This document shows, piece after piece, positions 22,082 to 31,416 of a stretch of DNA of 33,870 nucleotides. Position numbers and translations under genes: made by a program. Source of the DNA: Candidatus Adlerbacteria bacterium GW2011_GWA1_54_10 (GTDB taxonomy: Bacteria; Patescibacteriota; Minisyncoccia; Phycocordibacterales; SBAW01); the NCBI GenBank assembly GCA_001004665.1, contig LCRO01000007.1, positions 1 to 33,870 of the forward strand, written 5' to 3'. The stretch's first letter is position 1. Every line of letters begins with the position of its first letter. The notes under the pieces are model-generated. The model saw only the letters and a list, made by a program, of their open reading frames with translations. It was not told the DNA's origin and ran no database searches.

Positions 22082-24928
22082 TCAGGCGCTGCAGGACTCA
22101 CAGGGTTCGCTTAATATGTCTATTTTTTGGGCTGACGCGCCCGGATCTTTTGAAACAACGGCGATGGTTTCCTGTATTATCACTGCCGAGGCCACTTCTT
22201 CTCCTAAAATTATGGAGGGCGCGGCAGTCTCATCCGATTTGCTGGTTGCTCCGAATTTAGAGAGATTGACCGTAGACTTCTCTACGCGGCTTGCGCCGAG
22301 CGTGCGCAGGTAGTAAGTAGTCTTGAGGCCAAGGCTCCATGCATACTGGTAAACCTCGGATAGTGCGCGTCCGGAAGTTCCGCTGTAAAAAATATTTAGC
22401 GACTGACTTTGGTCTATCCAGCGCGATCTTGCCGCGGCGGCCTTTATAAGCCATTGAGGCTCTATCTCGAAGGCTTCTTTGTACTTTTCGCGGAGCATGG
22501 GCGGTATCTCCTCAATCTGCTGTATTGAGCCGTCGTGGAATTTTATTTTTTCCAGCATGTCCTTGCCCCATAGACCGAGCTTCTTTAAATCCTCGACAAG
22601 ATACTCGTTGAGGAGCATAAAGTCGCCGGCCATGTTCGATTTAACATACAGATTTTTGTAAATGGGCTCGGTCGTCGGGTAACATCCGACTATGTTGGCA
22701 GTCGAGGCCGTCGGTGCGTTGGCCATCGTGTTGGAATTGCGCATGCCCCACTGCCGTACCGCTTCGCGCACTAGCCTCCAGTCTAGAGTTTCCGCGCGCG
22801 GGAGGTCTATTTTTTGCCCGCGCTCCTGCTCGAGCATAGAAATCGTGTCCTGCGGGAAGATACCGCGGTCCCACTTGGAACCGCCGTAGGTCTCGTAAGT
22901 GCCGCGCTCTTTGGCGAGCAGGGACGAAGAGAGTATCGCGTGATAGGCCATCTGTTCCGCCACGGAGTCGCTGAGACGCACCGCATCCTCGGTATCGAAG
23001 TTGATATCCATTTTGTATAGAGCATCCTGCAAGCCGCGAAGCCCGAGGCCCACCGGCCGGTGGCGCATATTGGAGCGGCGCGTTTCTTCCGTCGGGTAGT
23101 AATTTACGTCCACAACATTGTCGAGCATTCGCATTGCGACGGGCACAATGCGCGCCACGGCCTCGCGGTCGAAGGCGCCGTTTCGCACGAATTGCGCGAG
23201 ATTGAGGCTTCCGAGGTTGCAAACCGCGGTTTCCTGCGCGCTCGAGTTGAGGGTTATTTCCGTGCAGAGGTTGCTGCCGTGCACCACGCCGACATGGTCT
23301 TGCGGCGAGCGGACATTGCAAGGGTCCTTCCATGTTATCCACGGGTGGCCGGTCTCGAAGAGCATTGTCAGATTTTTGCGCCAGAGGTCCTGCGCGCGCA
23401 CCCGCTTGTGATGCAAAATCTCACCCGAGGCCGCCTTTTGCTCGTACGCTATGTATCTCTCCTCGAAGGCCTTGCCGTACAAGTCGTGGAGGTCAGGAAC
23501 ATCGGATGTGGAGAAAAGGGTCCAGTATCCGTCCTCGGCAAGGCGTTTCATGAACAAGTCGGGTATCCACACGGCGGTGCTTAGGTCGTGCGCGCGGCGC
23601 CGCTCGTCGCCCGTGTTCTTGCGGAGTTCCATAAAATCCTCTATATCGAGGTGCCAGTACTCCAGGTACGCCGCCGCGGCGCCGCGTCTGCGGCCTGAGC
23701 GGTTTATCGAGATGGTTACGTCATTGGCTATCTTGAGGAATGGGATCACTCCCTGGCTCTCGACGCCGGTAGTTTTTATGAGCGAGCCGGTTGCGCGTAC
23801 AGGCGTCCAGTCGGTGCCGACGCCTCCGGCATACTTAAGTAGCTGGGCGGAGCTTGCATATTCTTTGAATATTGCATGCAGGTCGTCCGGCACCGTCGAA
23901 AGGAAGCACGAGGAAAGCTGGGGCCGCAGGAGGCCAGCGTGGTATAGCGTGGGCGAGGAGGGAGTGTAATACATCGCCGACATAGCTTCGTAAAATTCTA
24001 TTGCATGGCGCTGGCGCTCCTCCGGAGTCTTTTCGGCAAGAGCGACTCCCATTGCGACGCGCATCCAGAACATTTGCGGGGTTTCAAGCAGTCGGCGGGT
24101 TTTATGCTCGCGCGAAATATAATTCTTCTCCAGCGTCTGCAGTCCCAGGTACTTGAAATCGCGGTCCCTTTCTATCTGCAGAGTCTCGCCGAGGACGGCT
24201 AGGTCATACTCAAGCATTCGCGGGTCGTATTGCCCTATGGAAACTCCTTTCCCCATGGACTCAGCAAACGCGCGCTTGTGCGCCTCCTCCAGATCGGCAT
24301 AATCAACCTTGCCGAGCACGTCGCGGTACATGGATTGCAGAAGGAGCCGCGCGGCAACCAGCGAGTGTGCAGGGTCGCGCTCTATCAAACTGCGCACGAC
24401 CATCACGAGCACGTCGTGGATGTCTTTGGTCTTGATGCTCTCGTACAGCTCGGCGCGCACGCGAGCGATTATTTCGGGCACATCGATATGACGCTCCTGC
24501 CCCAAAGCGGCGCGCAGGAGCGTGCGGGTAAGCTTGCTCTCACTGAAGTTTTCCTTGCGGCCGTCGCGCTTTTCGACAAGGAGGCGGTTTTCCGTTATTT
24601 TTTCGGCAATTTTTGCCTTGTGGTCCTCGCGGACCTTGGCGTGTTCGTAGCGGTAAATAATGTATGACTTCGCGACGTTGAAATAGCCTCGCTCCATGAG
24701 CGCGGTTTCGACCAGGTCCTGTATATTCTCGACCGTCGGGATGAATGCGGTGTTGCCGAATTTAAGGTCTATCGCGTCTACGACCGCCTTTGTAATATCA
24801 ATCGCGTCCTCATCGTGGCTGTCGCCAAGCACCGCCGCAAAGGCCTTTTGTACCGCGACTGTTATCTTTTGCGGATGGAAATCGGCTATTTCGCCGTTCC
24901 GTTTTTTTATTTTTAGCGTCACTGCCAT
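22082..24928 (-). CDS. nrdA: Class I ribonucleotide reductase alpha subunit with two ATP cones
   Basis: IKKRNG and VEKRDG ATP cones, QLSSCF, SNLCTEI, AVCNLGS, LKTTYYLR and C-terminal CESC. Confidence 0.95.
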   Translation of the reverse strand: MAVTLKIKKRNGEIADFHPQKITVAVQKAFAAVLGDSHDEDAIDITKAVVDAIDLKFGNTAFIPTVENIQDLVETALMERGYFNVAKSYIIYRYEHAKVREDHKAKIAEKITENRLLVEKRDGRKENFSESKLTRTLLRAALGQERHIDVPEIIARVRAELYESIKTKDIHDVLVMVVRSLIERDPAHSLVAARLLLQSMYRDVLGKVDYADLEEAHKRAFAESMGKGVSIGQYDPRMLEYDLAVLGETLQIERDRDFKYLGLQTLEKNYISREHKTRRLLETPQMFWMRVAMGVALAEKTPEERQRHAIEFYEAMSAMYYTPSSPTLYHAGLLRPQLSSCFLSTVPDDLHAIFKEYASSAQLLKYAGGVGTDWTPVRATGSLIKTTGVESQGVIPFLKIANDVTISINRSGRRRGAAAAYLEYWHLDIEDFMELRKNTGDERRRAHDLSTAVWIPDLFMKRLAEDGYWTLFSTSDVPDLHDLYGKAFEERYIAYEQKAASGEILHHKRVRAQDLWRKNLTMLFETGHPWITWKDPCNVRSPQDHVGVVHGSNLCTEITLNSSAQETAVCNLGSLNLAQFVRNGAFDREAVARIVPVAMRMLDNVVDVNYYPTEETRRSNMRHRPVGLGLRGLQDALYKMDINFDTEDAVRLSDSVAEQMAYHAILSSSLLAKERGTYETYGGSKWDRGIFPQDTISMLEQERGQKIDLPRAETLDWRLVREAVRQWGMRNSNTMANAPTASTANIVGCYPTTEPIYKNLYVKSNMAGDFMLLNEYLVEDLKKLGLWGKDMLEKIKFHDGSIQQIEEIPPMLREKYKEAFEIEPQWLIKAAAARSRWIDQSQSLNIFYSGTSGRALSEVYQYAWSLGLKTTYYLRTLGASRVEKSTVNLSKFGATSKSDETAAPSIILGEEVASAVIIQETIAVVSKDPGASAQKIDILSEPCESCSA

Positions 24929-25012
24929 GTTCGGGAATAGTAATTATAGGCCGCGATGCGCCGAAGTGGCTGTGCATAACGAACGACAAAATTAAATCAC
25001 CTTCAGGGCAAC

Positions 25013-25040
25013 TTGACTCATGAAAACAGTGTGCTACAAT
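25013..25040 (+). promoter_or_regulatory. Sigma70 promoter for the DUF1360-like gene
   Basis: TTGACT-16-TACAAT with a TG extension. Confidence 0.55.
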
Positions 25041-25052
25041 TTCGTTCATTAT

Positions 25053-25499
25053 ATGTACCGGCCCAAAGAAGACCAGATTTTTTGGAATTTCCTGTTTTCC
25101 GCGCTTTTTACGGTCGTGCTTGCCACAGCAATGTGGATTCTTTATCGCGCGCAAGGCGGTTTCCCAAGCTCGGTCCCGGTTTTTGACGCCGTTCTTATGT
25201 CTTTTGCCGCTTTCCGTATCACGCGTCTTATAATTTATGACAAAATAACCCTTTGGTTCCGAAATTTTTTTCCGGAGGGCGGGGGACTGCGCGGTACGAT
25301 ATGCGACCTTCTTGCGTGTCCATGGTGCGTCGGCTTTTGGGGTGCACTCGCGGTGTCGTGGTTTTACTTTATGTTCCCGTGGGCGTGGTACGTTATTCTT
25401 TTTTTGGCGCTCGCCGGCATTGGATCCCTACTGCAAGTAACAGCGAACCTTATCGGGTGGAAGGCCGAGCAGCTTAAGCGCACTACTGAAAGATTATAG
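25053..25499 (+). CDS. Membrane protein, DUF1360-like
   Basis: AAFRITRLIIYDKIT and LLACPWCVGFW. Start at ATG 25053, because 25020 lies within the promoter. Confidence 0.75.
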   Translation: MYRPKEDQIFWNFLFSALFTVVLATAMWILYRAQGGFPSSVPVFDAVLMSFAAFRITRLIIYDKITLWFRNFFPEGGGLRGTICDLLACPWCVGFWGALAVSWFYFMFPWAWYVILFLALAGIGSLLQVTANLIGWKAEQLKRTTERL

Positions 25500-25923
25500 G
25501 TATGACAAGCTCCTCATCGTATTCCGGCAACCCGGAAGGGTTGTCTCTCTTCAGCACCACGTTTCCTTTGGAGCCTTCTGGCTGTGGAGGAAAGGATATT
25601 TGGAGATAAAATGGCACGAATTCCGCAGTCATCCATTCCCCCTGCGCTTGCGCCGGAGCCTGCGCTATAACCTCGCCTGCGACGTTGCGTATCTCGATGG
25701 GGAAACTTGCCTCGAAGTACCAGTTGCCGCGTGCCTTTCCGGATATGATGAGCGGCGGAAAAACGGCGTCTCCGATGCGCGGCGTATCAACCTCTATGCG
25801 GTCCGGTTTTTGAGCCCTTTCGTCCACCGTTGGCGCTTTTACCGGGTCGGGCAGGATAATAAGCGCCGCCGCTCCCGCGGCTATCACCACGAAAAGCGCG
25901 ATTATAATTCCCCAACGGTTCAT
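25483..25923 (-). CDS. Membrane-anchored Gmad2 Ig-like domain protein
   Basis: N-terminal TM, ISGKARGNWYFEASFPI, GEWMT..FVPF and DNPSGLPE. Confidence 0.75.
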   Translation of the reverse strand: MNRWGIIIALFVVIAAGAAALIILPDPVKAPTVDERAQKPDRIEVDTPRIGDAVFPPLIISGKARGNWYFEASFPIEIRNVAGEVIAQAPAQAQGEWMTAEFVPFYLQISFPPQPEGSKGNVVLKRDNPSGLPEYDEELVIPIIFQ

Positions 25924-25956
25924 ACGGATAGTAATCTCGATGATACCACATGAAAG

Positions 25957-26715
25957 CTATGGTCGTGAGGAGGCGCGGAGAATATCTTTTATGAGAGCTT
26001 CACTCTCTCTCGGACCGAAAACCGCATGCGTTTTGACGCCGCTCTCGAGGACTACTGCATCGTTGCCGCCTTCCTCGAGTGCGTCTCCGACATAAAGCAT
26101 GTCGGTGACCTCAATGCCCGTAAGTTCCGCGAGCCGCTTTATACCATAAGCCTTGGTAAGACCCTTGCGAGTAATGTCTATTGAAGTCAGCCCGCCGATG
26201 CCGACGGAAAAGTCCGGAAGTTTCTTGACTAGCGAGTTGCGAATACGGACCCTCGTTTGTTTTTTTGGATCCCACTTTTGCTTTTCGTCTATTGGGGCTC
26301 CCTGTCCGAGGCCGGAGAAAGTTATTTGCGCGCCGCGGTCTTCTATCCGCTCTCCCCATAGACCGCCTCGGAGCTCCATGCCGTTTTCTTCAAGAGCCTC
26401 TTTTAGCACCGCGAAAATTTTCTGTTTTTCCTGTTCCGAAAAGCAGTGATCGTACTGCGGCTTCCACCCTTCTCGGTACACATAGCATTGCGCCGCGTTG
26501 GTGGGAAATATGTACAGCCGCTCGAGTGGCGCGTCCTCGGGGAGTGCGGGCAAAAACTGCTTTTCGAACTGCTGGAATCCGGCTCCGGACATTACTGCGA
26601 CCGGCATTTTTTTTAGCAAGTCGGCTATGAGCAGGCCCATTTCGGCGCTCATACGCCATTTGCTCTCCGCAAGCGTACCGTCGAGGTCGAAGGCGATTAG
26701 TTTTGGCTTAACCAT
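25957..26715 (-). CDS. HAD-IIB hydrolase, phosphomannomutase-like
   Basis: FDLDGTL, IEDRGAQITFSGLG, IGGLTSIDIT and YVGDALEEGGND. Confidence 0.8.
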   Translation of the reverse strand: MVKPKLIAFDLDGTLAESKWRMSAEMGLLIADLLKKMPVAVMSGAGFQQFEKQFLPALPEDAPLERLYIFPTNAAQCYVYREGWKPQYDHCFSEQEKQKIFAVLKEALEENGMELRGGLWGERIEDRGAQITFSGLGQGAPIDEKQKWDPKKQTRVRIRNSLVKKLPDFSVGIGGLTSIDITRKGLTKAYGIKRLAELTGIEVTDMLYVGDALEEGGNDAVVLESGVKTHAVFGPRESEALIKDILRASSRP

Positions 26716-26739
26716 GGAGGACGGTCCTTGATAAAGTAA

Positions 26740-28662
26740 TTATTGCAAATTCTCCGGCAGGAGGATATCCATCAATTTTTTCAGAGAAACTGCGGCGACT
26801 GCGACCACAGTATCCGCCGCGCCATAGTAAATTAAAAGTTTGTCTCCGCGCAACACTGCTCCGCAGGAGAAGACGGCGTTGCGCACCTGTCCCACGCGCT
26901 CATACTCCTCTGTAGGCTCCAAAATGGTGTCCACGCTGCGCGAAACGATTAGTGAAGGATTCTTCAGGTCGAGCAAGGCGGCACCAAGCCGGTAAGTGCC
27001 CGTTTTCGAAACTCCGTGATATATCATAAGCCAGCCTTTTTTTGTCTTGATAGGCGGACCGGCTATTCCTATCTTGCGGCTATCCCACATCGCCGGCCTC
27101 GGTCCCATTATCTCGATGCATCTCGATACTCGCGATTTTTTGAAATCGAGCACATCAAGATAGTCCGCGCATAACTGCGGGTCTATGCGGTGCAGAAGCA
27201 TGTATTGGCCGGATATTTTTTCGGGAAAGAGGCACGCATCCTTGTCCTGCACGAGGTCGGGCGTTATCAAAACCGGCCGTTCCCATTTGTCGAAACGTCT
27301 CGCGACGAAGTCCTTGATGGAAATTGAGGTTAGCGCCGCGCGCCACGGATTTTTTCCGTCAAAAGCCGTGTAGCAAAGATAAAGAGTGTTGCCTATGCGC
27401 GTAAGGCGCGGGTCTTCGCAGCCGGAGCTCGCGCCGGGGACTTTTTGGAGCTCGAATTCCTCGCGGGGAATATAGGCCGGCTCATTATGGCGGTAATTTA
27501 TTTTTATACCGTTCCTGCTTGAGGCGTAGCCAAGCACCGAAGTGTTGTCCTCGCCTTGCGCGCGGTAAAGGAGATGAATTTCGCCATCGATATCCACCGC
27601 CGCCGCGTTAAAAACAGCCTTGCTTTCCCATTTGTGCCCGCCTATCGGCCCCAGTATCGGATTTTCCTTTGCGCGGCATGCCAGATCCACGCGCCGCTCC
27701 GGTATCATTGCAGAGAGCAGGTCGCGCAAATTTAGCGATGCTTTTGCACAAACTGTGTCCGCCGCGCCGTAATAAAGGTCTATCCTGCCATTTTTGTCCA
27801 AAGTTGCGCCGGAAGGGAAGACGATATTCGGCACCGCGCCGTAGCGCTCGTAAATTTCCTGAGGGACTATGATAGGGCCCTTTGTCCTGCCGACTATCTG
27901 ACGCGGTTCTTTAAGATCGAGCAAAAGTGCCTCGATACCGAAGACACGCTCGCCGCCGCCGAAGTAGTTGTGTATATAGGAATAGAAAAGGAGCCACCCT
28001 TCCGGAGTCTTGAGCGGCACCGAGCCGACCTCGACATGGTCGTGCTCAAAGCGCAGGGGATTAATGGAGTGTTCCGATATTTCTGAGTGCCATTTTTCCC
28101 AAAACGAAAGATCCCAGAGCTCTTCTATCCTGTCGCACTGCGCGATTGCTATGCGCGCGGGTGGCTCATCGGTGTGTGCGGTTAAAATAAACGTGATCTT
28201 TCCGTTTACACGCTCGGGGAATAGCGCTGCCGCCTTGGCGTTGAAAGAGGTTATCAAGTGCTTGCTCTCTATCGTCTCCAGATCTTTCGATACCGCGCAG
28301 GCGACTTTTATGTTCTGTGGGCCGAATGGCATACCGCCGAGCGCGGTGTAGAAAATATAGTACTTGCCCTCGAAAAATGTCACGCGCGGATCCTCGCAGC
28401 CGTACTTGTCCCACGGCTCTGTCGGCACGATGAACTGCCGCCGGCTCTGGAAGTGCTCGCCGTCGAGCGAGAGCGCCTTGCCTATGGTCGAGATGCCCGC
28501 CGGCGTCATAAGCGCGTCAGGCCGGCCCTGTGCGCGATAGAGCAGGTGAGTTATGGTGCCTTTTTTGATTGGCGATGGGTTGAAGGTCCCGCGCGCCTCC
28601 CAGTGCCGCTCGTCCGCGGGCGCTATCAGAGGATTATGTTCGCTCCTGCGTACAACGTACAT
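26740..28662 (-). CDS. Tandem two-domain GH130-like glycoside phosphorylase/hydrolase
   Basis: Two repeats of NP..., FN.., GCEDPR, YTA and YYGAAD. The real start is ATG 28662 (MYVVRRSEHNP); the ORF-track extension overlaps the upstream gene. Confidence 0.85.
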   Translation of the reverse strand: MYVVRRSEHNPLIAPADERHWEARGTFNPSPIKKGTITHLLYRAQGRPDALMTPAGISTIGKALSLDGEHFQSRRQFIVPTEPWDKYGCEDPRVTFFEGKYYIFYTALGGMPFGPQNIKVACAVSKDLETIESKHLITSFNAKAAALFPERVNGKITFILTAHTDEPPARIAIAQCDRIEELWDLSFWEKWHSEISEHSINPLRFEHDHVEVGSVPLKTPEGWLLFYSYIHNYFGGGERVFGIEALLLDLKEPRQIVGRTKGPIIVPQEIYERYGAVPNIVFPSGATLDKNGRIDLYYGAADTVCAKASLNLRDLLSAMIPERRVDLACRAKENPILGPIGGHKWESKAVFNAAAVDIDGEIHLLYRAQGEDNTSVLGYASSRNGIKINYRHNEPAYIPREEFELQKVPGASSGCEDPRLTRIGNTLYLCYTAFDGKNPWRAALTSISIKDFVARRFDKWERPVLITPDLVQDKDACLFPEKISGQYMLLHRIDPQLCADYLDVLDFKKSRVSRCIEIMGPRPAMWDSRKIGIAGPPIKTKKGWLMIYHGVSKTGTYRLGAALLDLKNPSLIVSRSVDTILEPTEEYERVGQVRNAVFSCGAVLRGDKLLIYYGAADTVVAVAAVSLKKLMDILLPENLQ

Positions 28663-28664
28663 AG

Positions 28665-29732
28665 TTATAGTGTAACCGGTTCCAAAACGGCGTGTTCGTG
28701 AGATTGAAGTTTGAGGAGGAACTCGCGCAAGGAGACTCTCGCGGCGGCGACATGCTTGTAGGCGTACACGACGCCCGGCTTCCAGTCGTTCTCGTACCAC
28801 TCTTCGGGCTCCAATACCGGATAATTTGAGCGATAAAGAACTTTTGTCGGATCGCCGAGATCGAGCAACATCGCGCCGACCTTGTATCCGGGACCGCCCG
28901 CAGGGTTCATCCCGTGATAAAAAAGTAGCCACCCTGCGGGGGTTTTTACGGGCGGCGCGCCCGCGCCGCGCACAAAGGCGTCCCATTGCCCGCTCCGGCC
29001 GCCGCGGTTGTTGTTGCTTTTTATCGGCCACTCCCGCAGGCACTCCAAGTCCTCTATATAATCGATCATTATACTCGGAGTCAGCGCGTGCAGTATGGCG
29101 AATTTGCCGTTTATTTTTTCGGGGAAGAGGACCCAGTTCTTATGCATTTCATTCTTGGGCGAGAGCGGCAGGGGCGGAGGCCAGTCCCATACGCGCGCGT
29201 TAATCGCTCCTAGCGGGAGTGAGGTCAGTGCGAGCCGGAGTGACTGCCAGCTCTCGAACATCCCGAAAGAAAGATATGCGCGGCCCTCCTCTTCTATTTT
29301 GACCGCGCGCGGGTCCTCGAAGCCGCCCCATCCGCCGCCCGAGGCGTAAACATCCGGACTGTACGCACGCGGTCCATGGCGGCGCCTCGCGGCCGACTCA
29401 AGCAGGATCTCCGACGGATCGAGCGCGAGAGTACGCCCTCCAAAATTTATCCCATCGCCGCTTGTCGCATGCCCTATGCGCGAGATGCCATCGCGCCCGA
29501 GCGCGCGATAAAAAAGGTGCACGCGCTCATCGTGCACAATCGCCGCTGGATTGAATACCGCCTCGCTCTCCCACCAATTTTGCGGGTTAGGGGAGAGAAT
29601 GGGATTGCCGCGGTGCCGCGCAAGCGCAAGGGGTCGGTGCCTAAGGGAAAGCCAGTAAAAAAACAGGGAGAGTGCGGCAAGCAGAAGTCCCGCCAGTGCA
29701 AAAAAAAGGACTGGCAAGTCAGGCGCGCCCAT
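28665..29732 (-). CDS. Membrane-anchored GH130-like protein with apparent C-terminal internal deletion
   Basis: N-terminal TM, AVFNPAA, GFEDPRA, KNWVLFPEKING and LFYHG. It lacks the SGA...YYG..D segment. Confidence 0.8.
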   Translation of the reverse strand: MGAPDLPVLFFALAGLLLAALSLFFYWLSLRHRPLALARHRGNPILSPNPQNWWESEAVFNPAAIVHDERVHLFYRALGRDGISRIGHATSGDGINFGGRTLALDPSEILLESAARRRHGPRAYSPDVYASGGGWGGFEDPRAVKIEEEGRAYLSFGMFESWQSLRLALTSLPLGAINARVWDWPPPLPLSPKNEMHKNWVLFPEKINGKFAILHALTPSIMIDYIEDLECLREWPIKSNNNRGGRSGQWDAFVRGAGAPPVKTPAGWLLFYHGMNPAGGPGYKVGAMLLDLGDPTKVLYRSNYPVLEPEEWYENDWKPGVVYAYKHVAAARVSLREFLLKLQSHEHAVLEPVTL

Positions 29733-30072
29733 AGCGGTCCTCTAGGCGGGTGATATCAGCCTCGTCAAAATTGCCAAACGCTATCTCCAGTATGCGCAAC
29801 CCCTCGGGGCTGGCCGCGACGCGGTGCCGCGCGCCGCGTTTGCTAAAAAAGTTTTCTCCCGCATGCGCATCATGCTCCGCGCCCTCTATGGTAATAACGC
29901 CGGAGCCGCCGAGAACGCGCCAAAACTCGTCGCGGACCTCGTGAGTCTGGAGAGAAATAGCCTCGTCTGGATTTACCGTAACCAATTTGACCGTTGTCTG
30001 CTCATTGAGGGTGAAGCGCTCAAAATTTCCCCACGGTCTAACTTCCTTCTCATAATTAGAGAGACCCTCCAT
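29719..30072 (-). CDS. Cupin, mannose-6-phosphate isomerase type II C-terminal-like
   Basis: RPWGNF, ISLQTH..RDEFW, HRV, ILEIAFGNFDEADITRLEDRYGR. Start set at ATG 30072. Confidence 0.85.
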   Translation of the reverse strand: MEGLSNYEKEVRPWGNFERFTLNEQTTVKLVTVNPDEAISLQTHEVRDEFWRVLGGSGVITIEGAEHDAHAGENFFSKRGARHRVAASPEGLRILEIAFGNFDEADITRLEDRYGRA

Positions 30073-30110
30073 GACTTTATTGTAGTGCATAAAATGTTTA
30101 TACTGGCACT

Positions 30111-30470
30111 GTGTCCACAGGCAAAAAAGTTATCGCGGTGTCGGGAGGTTTTGACCCGTTACATATGGGTCACATACGGTTCTTTGAGGGGCCAATATAC
30201 TCTATGACGAGCTTATGGTGATACTCAACAACGACAAATGGCTCCGCGAGAAGAAGAATTCATCTTTATGCCGCAAGCAGAGCGCGCCGAAATCATCGCG
30301 GCGCTTCGCGCCGTAGATCGAATGATACTAACCGACCACGCCGAGGACGATGAGGATAGGAAAGCATATGCCGAATGTTGCAGGAGGTCCGGCCGCATAT
30401 CTTTGCCAACGGCGGGACCGTCCGCGGCAATATCTCCGAGCATGCGCTTTGTCGCCGATAACTTAAAATA
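30111..30470 (+). pseudogene. Frameshifted cytidylyltransferase-family (HxGH) gene remnant
   Basis: KVIAVSGGFDPLHMGHIR, DELMVILNNDKWL, FMPQAERAEII..LRAVD and VRPHIFANGG fall in shifting frames. The 3' end stops at the RAYT-flanking palindrome. Confidence 0.85.
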
Positions 30471-30488
30471 ATCGCGAGTATCTAGAGG

Positions 30489-30515
30489 TTGTCTAGAGGT
30501 GACACCTCTAGACAA
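30489..30515. repeat. Palindrome at the 3' end of the RAYT gene
   Basis: TTGTCTAGAGGTG-A-CACCTCTAGACAA, with an extra half copy TCTAGAGGT at 30481. It contains the transposase stop codon. Confidence 0.95.
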
Positions 30516-31185
30516 GCGTTGGGGTGCGCGTACGGTAGAATTCCTGAGCATTACAAAGCATTTCAGTAAAATCGGGATTTGGATAAAATTCTCGCAACAT
30601 ATTACCGGTTATCGCACCCTCCGGCCGATTTTGGCCAAAAAAATCAATAAGGCTGGAATATTGATATTGAAACAATTTATTTTCAATTTTTTTTAATTCG
30701 CCGCTTCCGGTTTTCCATTGAGGTTCGAAAAGCTCTATCGGATTAAACAGCACATATGGCACGACTTGCTTGAAGTAAATATTGTCGGAAATATGCTTTG
30801 AGCGAAAAGGCTTTACAAACAAATTACCCACCCTTGCCCTTTTTACATTGAAGTACATCGTATAACCAGTGCTGAGCTTACGCATGAATTTTGTTATTCC
30901 TCCTTCTGTCAAGGCTTTTAAAATCAAATGAAAATGAGATGGCATCAGGCAGTAGGCTCCTATTGCAACAATAAGCTCTTTTCTGGGTAAGGATAATATT
31001 TCTTCGTGAGTTATGTCGCGATCAAAAGAACTGCGCTCGACAGGGGCAACATTATTGGCCAGATAAAGCATCTGTGTAAAACGCAAATAATCACTTGTTG
31101 TCTCAAAGACTTTTCTTTTTTCGACTCCGCGGCTATAGCAATGGAACCATTCATTAGGAGCAAGGGGAATACGCCGGTAGGTCAC
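30508..31185 (-). mobile_element. Y1 HUH transposase, REP-associated (RAYT)-like
   Basis: FHCYSRGVEKR, YCLMPSHFHL (HUH), YFN...GNLF..PF, YVLFNP (catalytic Tyr) and YSS. Visibly more AT-rich than its neighbours. Confidence 0.9.
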
Positions 31186-31200
31186 AAGGTAAGTATACCC

Positions 31201-31222
31201 TGTCTAGAGGTGACACCTCTAG
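31201..31222. repeat. Palindrome at the 5' end of the RAYT gene
   Basis: TGTCTAGAGGTGACACCTCTAG is identical to 30490-30511. Confidence 0.95.
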
Positions 31223-31226
31223 GTGC

Positions 31227-31265
31227 GCCGAGGGGCCCCGGCGCCTTGGCGCGGGACCCCTCGGC
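31227..31265 (-). repeat. GC-rich long hairpin upstream of RAYT
   Basis: Minus strand GCCGAGGGGTCCC-GCGCCAAGGCGC-C-GGGGCCCCTCGGC. Confidence 0.7.
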
Positions 31266-31416
31266 TGGATCTTGCCGTACTCCACAGTGCTTGACCTAAG
31301 GTTAGCCACTAAATACTGTCCTTAACCGATAATTGCTAACCGATTTTCAGAGAGTTAAGTGACAGCGGCTCGCCGAGCTCCATTGCCGTCTTGTTTTTCT
31401 CTCTCGCGTGCATATA

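Noticed and set aside
28663-29043. 127-aa extension of the double GH130 ORF
   Set aside because: It is an out-of-frame overlap with the upstream GH130 gene, and ATG 28662 fits better.
31345-31392. GGCAATGGAGCTCG resembling a fluoride riboswitch start
   Set aside because: The P1 partner and the downstream GCUGAUGAC-type motif are missing.
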